Source: a virus | Lineage: Duplodnaviria; Caudoviricetes | Reading direction: 5' to 3' (one strand) | Virus record (IMG/VR): IMGVR_UViG_3300033067_000203 | Span: 1 to 28,476 of that record | DNA: 28,476 nucleotides | In this document: in pieces, positions 6,437 to 13,983 of the stretch | Layout of the letters: each line of letters begins with the position of its first letter | Position numbering within the stretch: position 1 is the first letter of the stretch | Notes under the pieces: model-generated | The model's database searches: none | Told to the model about the DNA's origin: nothing | The model's input: the letters and a program-made list of their open reading frames with translations, nothing else | Made by a program: the position numbers and the translations under genes

Positions 6437-7975
6437 ATGGAATTTGATTGGAAGTCGCCGAATTACGCTTTGGTGTATGAGCAGAGGGCCGAGCGGCTTT
6501 CCAACATCCGGGCGACACCGGAGATTCTGGCTGGGCTGAAAGAGTATTACAAGGGCAATCCTGTTGCGTTTGTGACGGACTGGGGCATGACGTTCGACCC
6601 GCGATTGGCGGAAATAGGCATGCCGACCGTGGTTCCGTTCGTCTTGTTTGTGAAGCAGCGGGATTTCATCGAGTTCGTGCATGCGGTTTGGCGTGGGCGC
6701 GAGGACGCGCTTGTCGAGAAATCGCGGGACATGGGGGTTTCATGGCTGTGCGTAGCGTTCGCCGTATGGATGTGGCTTTTCCATCCAGGAACGGTGGTCG
6801 GCTTCGGGAGCCGAAAAGAAGAGTACGTCGACAAGATCGGCGATCCGAAATCGCTTTTCTGGAAAGCTCGGCAGTTCATCAATCTGCTGCCGGTTGAGTT
6901 TCGCCCGGTCGGGTGGGACGAGGCAAAACATGCGCCGCATATGCGCATCCTGAACCCGGAAAACGGATCCAGCATTGTTGGCGAAGCGGGCGATAACATC
7001 GGGCGAGGCAATCGCACCTCGATCTATTTTAAGGACGAGTCCGCTTTTTACGAGCACGCGGAAGCTATTGACGCAGCACTTTCGCAGACATCCAACTGCA
7101 AGGTGGATGTGAGCACACCGAACGGTGCAGGTAATCCGTTCTATCGAAAAGCGCACGGCGGCAAGATCAAGAAATTCGTTTTTGATTGGCGAGACGATCC
7201 GCGTAAAGACGAGGCGTGGTATCAGCGGCAGTGCGAATCGCTTGATCCGGTGATTGTTGCTCAAGAGATTGACCGAAATTACGAAAGCTCGGTGAGCAAT
7301 GCGCTGATCCCTGCGGCAGATGTCAAGGCCGCAATGATGCGCGGGCCGGCCGATGTGCGTCCTGTCGGTGGCCTTCGCATTGGTATTGACGTAGCTCGAT
7401 TCGGTAATGACAAAACTGTCATTACGTTCAGACGTGGGCGGGTTTTGTTGAAGCAAATCAAGCTGGCGAAGCTCGACATCACTGAGGTCGCCGGTCGTGC
7501 GCGAGCTGAAATCGTGGCCTACGGCGAGCGCCCGGAGCAGATCGCCGTCGATACCATCGGCGTTGGCGCTGGGGTGGCCGACGTGATGCGCGGATTCTTT
7601 CCAGACGTGATCGACAAGATCACAGGTAAGCGTCGCGCGATAGTCGTCGACGTAAATTCTTCATTGAGGATGGACAACGGTCGAGACTACAACCTCCGCG
7701 CTTATATGTGGCGCGAAATGGGGGAGTGGTTGAAGACAGCCAGCATCCCGAATGACAACGATCTACAAGTTGATTTGACATCGCTACGCTATTCCTTCCG
7801 GTCTGGCGAAATGCTCCTTGAGTCAAAGGACGACGCCAAGCGGAGAGGCGTGAAATCCCCGGACTGCGCCGATTCGCTTGCGATGACTTTTGCAATACCA
7901 ACCGCAGTAGAGCCGCCATCGAGGCCGCTGAACATCCCAGCTTTCCGCCCTGCCGTCCCTGGCACGGGCATCTAA
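6437..7975 (+). CDS. terL: Terminase large subunit
   Basis: Walker A-like EKSRDMGVSW, Walker B YFKDESA, coupling motif STPNG, and nuclease motifs GIDVARFGNDKT and SPDCADSLA. Confidence 0.96.
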   Translation: MEFDWKSPNYALVYEQRAERLSNIRATPEILAGLKEYYKGNPVAFVTDWGMTFDPRLAEIGMPTVVPFVLFVKQRDFIEFVHAVWRGREDALVEKSRDMGVSWLCVAFAVWMWLFHPGTVVGFGSRKEEYVDKIGDPKSLFWKARQFINLLPVEFRPVGWDEAKHAPHMRILNPENGSSIVGEAGDNIGRGNRTSIYFKDESAFYEHAEAIDAALSQTSNCKVDVSTPNGAGNPFYRKAHGGKIKKFVFDWRDDPRKDEAWYQRQCESLDPVIVAQEIDRNYESSVSNALIPAADVKAAMMRGPADVRPVGGLRIGIDVARFGNDKTVITFRRGRVLLKQIKLAKLDITEVAGRARAEIVAYGERPEQIAVDTIGVGAGVADVMRGFFPDVIDKITGKRRAIVVDVNSSLRMDNGRDYNLRAYMWREMGEWLKTASIPNDNDLQVDLTSLRYSFRSGEMLLESKDDAKRRGVKSPDCADSLAMTFAIPTAVEPPSRPLNIPAFRPAVPGTGI

Positions 7976-7987
7976 CAGGAGATCCAC

Positions 7988-8368
7988 ATGGCAACAGTAA
8001 ATCCGACCGTCACCCGAGGGCTTGGTGACGGCGATGGCTCGCTCATCCAATACCAATGGACGCTCACGACCGCCGATTCCGACGGGGCCGGCATCCAGTG
8101 CCCAGAGTGGGCGGACGTGACGTGGGTGGCGACCGGCACTTGGGGCGGCGCGACGCTCAAGCCGCAAGGCTCTGCTGATGGCGTGACGTATATCGCGACC
8201 GGCCTTTCCAATGCCGCCGGTGGCGCAGAGACGACGGCGACGGCAAACAAGGTTTTCACGACGATAGAGCGCCCGCTGTTCGTGCGCCCGAACCTTACCA
8301 CTGTCGGCGTCGGCGCAACCATCGTGGTGACCGCTTTGCTGCGCCGTACAAACTCGATGAGGACTTGA
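7988..8368 (+). CDS. Hypothetical beta-rich protein, possibly virion-associated
   Basis: AGGAG SD; Thr/Gly-rich with a beta-strand pattern. Confidence 0.7.
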   Translation: MATVNPTVTRGLGDGDGSLIQYQWTLTTADSDGAGIQCPEWADVTWVATGTWGGATLKPQGSADGVTYIATGLSNAAGGAETTATANKVFTTIERPLFVRPNLTTVGVGATIVVTALLRRTNSMRT

Positions 8369-8898
8369 TGATGAGCGATTTGATTACCGCAGCCGAAACG
8401 ATTCGGCGCATGGCCGTGACTTTCCAGGGCATCGGCCAGGTGGCTGACGCGCTGGAGGACATCGGCAAGATTGACCAGACCATCGCCGAGCGGCAAAAGG
8501 CGATCGTGTCGGTGACGGATGAGCTTGTGTCGCTGATGGCCAAGCGTGACGAGGCGCGCGCGGAAGTTGATCAGGCCAAAGAGTCAGCGCGGAAGATCCT
8601 CGAAGATGCGGCCGACAAGCGGGACGACATCATCGCCGGGGCAAAAACCACGGCGGACGAAGCCGCAAAGGCCATCGTGGCGACTGCAAATCAGCAAGCC
8701 AAGGATGCGATGCAGCGTGCCGAGGTCGAGCGCGAGCGCGTGACGGCTGAAATCGCCAAGCTGAACGAATCGGCGGACGAGGCAACCCGGCAAGAGACGG
8801 CGGCGCTGCAACGTGCAATGACCGCCAATGCTGCCGCCAATGACGCCGAAAAGCGCCTTGAATCGCTGAAGGGCAAGCTTAAGGCGCTGCTGGACTGA
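8368..8898 (+). CDS. Coiled-coil protein
   Basis: Ala/Glu/Lys-rich helical sequence; TGATG coupling at both ends. Confidence 0.75.
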   Translation: MMSDLITAAETIRRMAVTFQGIGQVADALEDIGKIDQTIAERQKAIVSVTDELVSLMAKRDEARAEVDQAKESARKILEDAADKRDDIIAGAKTTADEAAKAIVATANQQAKDAMQRAEVERERVTAEIAKLNESADEATRQETAALQRAMTANAAANDAEKRLESLKGKLKALLD

Positions 8899-9032
8899 TG
8901 GGCCGCGTCATCTACGCCACCTTCGCCCGCCCGGTCGGTGCGTCTTGCTCTGTGGCTGACTCCTACGCTGCCTGGGTGCGCTACTGCGCGGGCTGCTATC
9001 TGGCGTGGCTGGCGTTGTGGGGGGTCGAGTGA
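8898..9032 (+). CDS. Small hydrophobic protein (44 aa, MGRVIYATFARP...CYLAWLALWGVE)
   Basis: TGATG overlap upstream and GTGA overlap downstream. Confidence 0.5.
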   Translation: MGRVIYATFARPVGASCSVADSYAAWVRYCAGCYLAWLALWGVE

Positions 9033-9457
9033 CTGTGCGCGTTACGATTCGCCGCCAACCGAGCACGGATCATGGAACGTTCGGGCGGCTGTCGGTCGAT
9101 GGTCACGCCTTCACCGCCTACACCGGTGAATTGCCGTGGCGCGATAACCGCAAGGGCGCAAGCTGTATCCCAGCGGGGATTTATCACTGCATATGGGCGC
9201 TTTCCCCGCGCTTTAAGCGGTCAACGTATCGGCTCGTTGAAGTTCCTGGGCGATCCGGGGTGCTGATCCATCCGGCGAATCTGGTCGGAGATCGAGCACT
9301 TGGGCTGCAAGCTCAGGTGCAAGGGTGCATCGTGCTCGGGGAGCGGCTTGGATGGATTGGCGGGCAGCGGGCCATTCTGCGCTCAATGCCATCGGTGCGA
9401 AACTTTGAAACACTCATGGGCGGCAAGCCCTTTGACTTGGAGATCATTGATGCTTGA
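9029..9457 (+). CDS. DUF5675-family protein, putative endolysin
   Basis: GTFGRL...TGELPWRDN...SCIPAGIY...VPGRSGVLIHPAN...GCIVLG signature; adjacent to holin-like genes. Confidence 0.8.
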   Translation: MTVRVTIRRQPSTDHGTFGRLSVDGHAFTAYTGELPWRDNRKGASCIPAGIYHCIWALSPRFKRSTYRLVEVPGRSGVLIHPANLVGDRALGLQAQVQGCIVLGERLGWIGGQRAILRSMPSVRNFETLMGGKPFDLEIIDA

Positions 9458-10007
9458 ACTGATCGGGACAGCCGCATCCGCTATCCTTGGCGGCGGTGCG
9501 ACGGGCATCCTTGGCGCGGCAGTGCAGAGATATGCGGACTACAAGGGCCGACAGCTCGACCTGCAAGCGCAGGCCAGCAAGCAAGCGCACGAGGTTGCGA
9601 TGCGTGAGGCGGATGCCAGGATCATGGCGCAGGAGTGGGCGGCGCGCACGCAAGTGGCCACCATCGAGGGGGATGCCCGCGAGGTTGAGGCTGATGCAAA
9701 AACCCTGGCTGCGAGCTACCAGCTTGAGCCGCAGCAGTACAGCGCAGCAGTCAAACCGACACGCGGGCAAGGCTGGCTGCTGGTGTTGCTGGACGTGCTG
9801 CGCGGGGTGGTGCGGCCTGGACTGACGATCTACCTGTGCGTGCTGACGACGCAGATTTACAACGAGCTGGCCAGCCAGGTCGGGCCGCTGACAGCGGATC
9901 AGAGGTATGAAACGACCAAACTGATTGTCGGGACGATCCTGTATCTGTTCACCACGGTGACGCTGTGGTGGTTCGGCACGCGGAATAAGGGGGCGCAGCC
10001 GAAATGA
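9450..10007 (+). CDS. Holin-like membrane protein
   Basis: Hydrophobic N-terminus, RGVVRPGLT followed by a TM segment, and a C-terminal TM segment ending WWFGTR. Confidence 0.7.
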   Translation: MLELIGTAASAILGGGATGILGAAVQRYADYKGRQLDLQAQASKQAHEVAMREADARIMAQEWAARTQVATIEGDAREVEADAKTLAASYQLEPQQYSAAVKPTRGQGWLLVLLDVLRGVVRPGLTIYLCVLTTQIYNELASQVGPLTADQRYETTKLIVGTILYLFTTVTLWWFGTRNKGAQPK

Positions 10008-10459
10008 CCGCGAAAGCCCCGAAGGACGCCATCCTGCAAGCCCTGGCCGACGAGTCCGACCAGAAGGTGAAGATGCTGTTGTTGTTGATGCTCTCAGCCA
10101 TCGAAGACATCGGCGGCAAACTTGACGCGGTACTGCAAAACGAGGAGCGCATTCGCGCGATGGTGCTCAACGGCCATGCGCCCGTCCATCATGCCGACCA
10201 TGAATGGATCGGGCGGCGGCGCAAGACGGATGAGCGCGACTTGCGCGTCCTGGCCTGGGCGGAAGAGGCGATGATCCATGACCACATCAACCGTAAGCGG
10301 GGCGCATGGGTCGATGCCAAGATGCGCGACGAGGACGCCGACACCGATTCGCGCCGGGCGCTCCGGGATAGGTGGCTGGAGCGTGTCGTATGGGCAGTAA
10401 CAGTGCTTGCGGCGTTGGGCATCGCGCAGGGGATCAACATCAAGGCGGTGCTGCCGTGA
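10004..10459 (+). CDS. Membrane protein with a C-terminal TM helix (lysis block)
   Basis: ATGA-type overlap; VVWAVTVLAALGIA segment. Confidence 0.65.
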   Translation: MTAKAPKDAILQALADESDQKVKMLLLLMLSAIEDIGGKLDAVLQNEERIRAMVLNGHAPVHHADHEWIGRRRKTDERDLRVLAWAEEAMIHDHINRKRGAWVDAKMRDEDADTDSRRALRDRWLERVVWAVTVLAALGIAQGINIKAVLP

Positions 10460-10710
10460 AACGCCGCCTGCTCAACATCCTGATCGCCCTCGACCAGCTC
10501 GTTTATGTCCTGCTGACGCTGGGCCACGGCTCGCCCGACGAGACTATGAGCGCAGCGGCCTACCGCCTGTGGTTGCGCGACCAGATCGGCGGGCGTTGGT
10601 TCAAGCCGGTTATCGACGCGCTGTTTTCGCCGTTCGAGCGTGACCATTGCAAGCATGCGTATCGCGCCGAGATGGAGCGCCGACACTTACCCGGTAGCTA
10701 CAGGCGATGA
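10456..10710 (+). CDS. Small phage hypothetical protein
   Basis: NILIALDQL...PDETMSA...IDALF....DHC pattern, recurrent in phage lysis/tail regions. Confidence 0.75.
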   Translation: MKRRLLNILIALDQLVYVLLTLGHGSPDETMSAAAYRLWLRDQIGGRWFKPVIDALFSPFERDHCKHAYRAEMERRHLPGSYRR

Positions 10711-10778
10711 GCAAGACGCGCGTGGTGCAAGTGCGGTCGACCGCACTTGGCGCAGTTTAACTTGTGGAGGAGTAATCA

Positions 10779-11219
10779 ATGTCAATGTCCAACGCGTCAG
10801 AAACAAACCTGCTGAATCTGCTGTTCAACAACGTCGATTGGCCAAACGTCGGTGACGCTGCTGGTTTGCAGAACAGCGCCACGGCGGGCAGCTTCTACGT
10901 TGCCTTGCATTCGTCCGACCCCGGCGATGCCGGCAATCAGACAACAAACGAGGTGAGCTATACCGGCTATGCGCGTGTCGATGTTGCCCGCTCGGCTGGC
11001 GGCTTCACGGTATCAGGCAGCCAGGTGAGCAACGCGGCGACCGTGCAGTTCGGCGAATGCACGGCGGGCACAGCAACGGCCACGCACTTTTCTGTCGGAT
11101 TGCTCTCGGCAGGCGCGGGCGACATCCTTTATTCGGGCGCGCTGTCGGCCTCTCGGAATATTTCGTCTGGTATAACGCCGCTGTTCAACACTGGCGCGCT
11201 GCAAGGCACGGTTGATTGA
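10779..11219 (+). CDS. Structural / fibre-base-like protein
   Basis: GGAGG SD; YVALHSSDPG...NEVSYTGYAR...THFSV pattern seen in phage minor structural proteins. Confidence 0.7.
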   Translation: MSMSNASETNLLNLLFNNVDWPNVGDAAGLQNSATAGSFYVALHSSDPGDAGNQTTNEVSYTGYARVDVARSAGGFTVSGSQVSNAATVQFGECTAGTATATHFSVGLLSAGAGDILYSGALSASRNISSGITPLFNTGALQGTVD

Positions 11220-11350
11220 TGATCGTCTATCGCTGCGCCCACTGCGGCGAACTGCTTGGGCCGGTTCCTCAAGAGCCGGCCCCGGTTTGCCCGAATCACA
11301 CAAACGGCATTGTGGAGCAATACGACGATGGCGATACGCAGCCTGAGTGA
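11219..11350 (+). CDS. Zn-finger microprotein (43 aa, CAHC...CPNH)
   Basis: TGATG coupling; MIVYRCAHCGELLGPVPQEPAPVCPNHTNGIVEQYDDGDTQPE. Confidence 0.55.
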   Translation: MIVYRCAHCGELLGPVPQEPAPVCPNHTNGIVEQYDDGDTQPE

Positions 11351-12194
11351 CTTCAACGCGGCGTTCGCGGCGGGGAAGTTTCACGTCCAACGCTTCCAGA
11401 AGAACGCCGGCACAGCTCATGCGAAGGTATGGGCCGACCCGTCTTATGCGTCTGGCCAGCCGGCATACGACGCGCGTGTCGGTTCGCCGCTGACCTTCAC
11501 GCCCAGCATTGCGCAGAATAACGACGCGATCTGGTTCCCTGGCATTGCCGCAGGCGAGGAACGCTATCTCGCCGAAGCGCAAATGTGGAGCAGCCAGGGC
11601 ACATACAACGGGCCAATCAGCGTTGTGCTGTTCGACCTGCTCGGCTACTACCCGCTGATCGATGGCGATTCGACCGACCTGCAAGAGTGCGTCAACGACG
11701 TCAGCCTGCCGCGCTACGCCGATGGTGTTGGCGTGCAAATGGTCTTGGTCAATCACATTGCCCCGGCAATCCAGAACGGCCTGACCGTCATCAACTACAC
11801 AGATTCGGGCGACGTGGAACGGACGGTAACGGTCGATATTCCCAACAACGGGCAGAACCTTGTATGTTCCGGCTGTGGGACTACAGCCGGAGCCGCCAGC
11901 AGCACGGTGCATATCCCACTCGGCGGCGGCGCGAAGGGCGTTAAGCGCATCAACTCGATTCAGCACACGACCGCACCGGGAGGGCTGCACTGCATTTACC
12001 TCGTGCGCATCCTTGGATCGATGGTCTTGGGTGACAACCTCGTTTGCGCCGAAAAGAACTTCATCGCCGAGAAAGCCTTTGCCCCGCCCCGCATCTATGA
12101 CGGCGCATGGCTCGGCTGGTTCGACATGCTGGCGGCAGGCACCACTGCCAGAACCGTGGCGTGGTTCGGAAACTTCACTTTTGTTTGGGGATAA
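11328..12194 (+). CDS. Putative virion protein, paralogue A
   Basis: Shares DxxGYYP, RYxxGxGV, PLxxGxxG, PxIxDGAxL and terminal VWG with the next ORF. Confidence 0.75.
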   Translation: MAIRSLSDFNAAFAAGKFHVQRFQKNAGTAHAKVWADPSYASGQPAYDARVGSPLTFTPSIAQNNDAIWFPGIAAGEERYLAEAQMWSSQGTYNGPISVVLFDLLGYYPLIDGDSTDLQECVNDVSLPRYADGVGVQMVLVNHIAPAIQNGLTVINYTDSGDVERTVTVDIPNNGQNLVCSGCGTTAGAASSTVHIPLGGGAKGVKRINSIQHTTAPGGLHCIYLVRILGSMVLGDNLVCAEKNFIAEKAFAPPRIYDGAWLGWFDMLAAGTTARTVAWFGNFTFVWG

Positions 12195-12196
12195 GC

Positions 12197-13075
12197 ATGA
12201 CCATCCAATCTATCGACAATCTCATCACCGCCATTGCCAACGGGCAAACCACGCGCTACGACTGGAACAAGATCACCGGCGCATCGGCCTACGCGCTTGG
12301 CCGCTGGTATGACCTGTCGATGCTCAGCTCAATGCCGGTAGCGAATGCGTGGGCAGGAACCGCACTAAACTGGACGGCATGCAGCGAGGCCACCGGCAAC
12401 GGCACGCAGATTTTCGGGATGCCACACGGCGGCAACGTCAGCCCGAGCCGGAAGCACTTGCTCAACCTCAATGCCTGGTCGACGGCGGCAACGGGGGTTC
12501 CAGGCACATTGATGTTGGTCGATATGCAGGGCTACTATCCCGGCATCAGCAACAACACCACGTCGGCGCAAACGCTGGTCGGCACGCCGAGCTTGCGCTA
12601 CACCAACGGCGGAGGTGTGCGCGCCTTCCAGGTACAGACGGCCGCAGCAGGCGCGACGGCGCAGAACATCGCATTGTCTTACACCGATCAGGACGGGAAT
12701 GCCGGCAGCACGCTGCCCGTTACGGTTGCCATGACTGCCTCAGCTATCGCCGGGCATGTCTCGCACTCCGGCACGGCGGCCAACAACTACGGCCCCTTCC
12801 TGCCGCTGGCTTCGGGCGATACCGGCATTCGATCGGTGCAGACCGTCACTATGTCGGCGGCCAACACCGGCACGTTCGCGCTGGTTCTCGCCCGCCCGCT
12901 GGCGACGATCACGCTTTCTGTCGCTGGCTTGATGACCGAGAAAGACCTGCTTAATCAAATCCCGAGCCTGCCAGAAATAAAGGACGGGGCTTGCCTCACA
13001 TGGTTGTTTGGCTCTGGCGCGGCCACGGCGGCATCGACGACCTTTGCCGGTGGCCTGGAAGTCGTCTGGGGCTAA
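12197..13075 (+). CDS. Putative virion protein, paralogue B
   Basis: Same shared motifs as paralogue A; Thr/Ala/Gly-rich. Confidence 0.75.
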   Translation: MTIQSIDNLITAIANGQTTRYDWNKITGASAYALGRWYDLSMLSSMPVANAWAGTALNWTACSEATGNGTQIFGMPHGGNVSPSRKHLLNLNAWSTAATGVPGTLMLVDMQGYYPGISNNTTSAQTLVGTPSLRYTNGGGVRAFQVQTAAAGATAQNIALSYTDQDGNAGSTLPVTVAMTASAIAGHVSHSGTAANNYGPFLPLASGDTGIRSVQTVTMSAANTGTFALVLARPLATITLSVAGLMTEKDLLNQIPSLPEIKDGACLTWLFGSGAATAASTTFAGGLEVVWG

Positions 13076-13077
13076 TC

Positions 13078-13761
13078 ATGGCACTTTGGCCGAATGGCAG
13101 GTACATGACGCGCAGCACCTATAAGGGCTTCGGCGTTGCGCCAGGACTTGATGCGAGCATCAAGTCCAAAAGCGATCGCATGAACCGTTTTGTCAATGCG
13201 AGCTTTGCCAGAACCGCGAGCACGCCTGACGGCTACGACGTGAATGGCACCGTGCCCGCCATCCGGGCGGGCAGCATGTCAGCCTTGCGCACCATCGCCG
13301 CAATGGTCGAAGGGGCGAGCAACCTCTTGCAAGGCGGGCCGATGGAAGGCACGGCCAGCGTGGCCGAACTGACCGGAGAAAGCGGTTTGTCGCTGGTGGT
13401 AGGCATGGAAGGCACCGCCGTCGTCGCCACGCTGACCGGCGACAACATCGTACTCAAACTCACCATTGGCCTGGATGGTTCGGGCAGCATCAGCCTGACC
13501 GGCGACGGTAACAACCTTGCCATGATCGTGCCGTTCGAGGGCAGCGGCAGCGTGGCGCAGGTTTCAGGCGCGTCCGACCTGCGTGGACTGCTCTCGATGG
13601 CGGGTGAATGGACGCCATTCACCGATCTATCGCCGCAAGGACTGGCGAATGCGATCTGGGCGCAGGCGGCGACAACTCCTTTGCCGGTCGATGTACGTAA
13701 AATGAATAGTGCATCCGTGATCGGGACAGGCCAATCCTCCGATTTGTGGCGTGGCGCGTAA
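13078..13761 (+). CDS. Fibre-like protein with imperfect internal repeats
   Basis: Repeated (M/L/F)(E/D)G(T/S)...LTG units. Confidence 0.7.
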   Translation: MALWPNGRYMTRSTYKGFGVAPGLDASIKSKSDRMNRFVNASFARTASTPDGYDVNGTVPAIRAGSMSALRTIAAMVEGASNLLQGGPMEGTASVAELTGESGLSLVVGMEGTAVVATLTGDNIVLKLTIGLDGSGSISLTGDGNNLAMIVPFEGSGSVAQVSGASDLRGLLSMAGEWTPFTDLSPQGLANAIWAQAATTPLPVDVRKMNSASVIGTGQSSDLWRGA

Positions 13762-13892
13762 TGGCAAGTTTCGCGGCGGCATCCTTCGCAACCGATGCGT
13801 TTGATGCAGGCGCATTCGATTTCGATGTCATCCCTGGAGCTGCCGGGGTGGCGATTTGGCATCACCGCATGACTCATAGAGTTGTGCGATAA
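13761..13892 (+). CDS. Small protein (43 aa, MASFAAASFATDAFDAGAFDFD...)
   Basis: TAATG coupling; Phe recurs every 5 residues. Confidence 0.55.
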   Translation: MASFAAASFATDAFDAGAFDFDVIPGAAGVAIWHHRMTHRVVR

Positions 13893-13897
13893 AAAGC

Positions 13898-13926
13898 TAG
13901 ACAGCGATAGTAATAACCTATACACT
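13898..13926 (+). promoter_or_regulatory. Candidate promoter upstream of the portal gene
   Basis: TAGACA, 17 bp spacer, TACACT. Confidence 0.5.
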
Positions 13927-13935
13927 GAATCCGTC

Positions 13936-13973
13936 GGCCCCCGTTCGTCCATGCGAACCGGGGTCTTTTCTTT
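13936..13973 (+). terminator. Intrinsic terminator-like hairpin before the portal gene
   Basis: GGCCCC-GTTC-[GTCCATGC]-GAAC-C-GGGGTC followed by TTTTCTTTT. Confidence 0.6.
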
Positions 13974-13983
13974 TGGGGAACTC

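Noticed and set aside
10728-10749. Protelomerase (telRL) site
   Set aside because: Short and GC-rich, and no protelomerase gene in the window.
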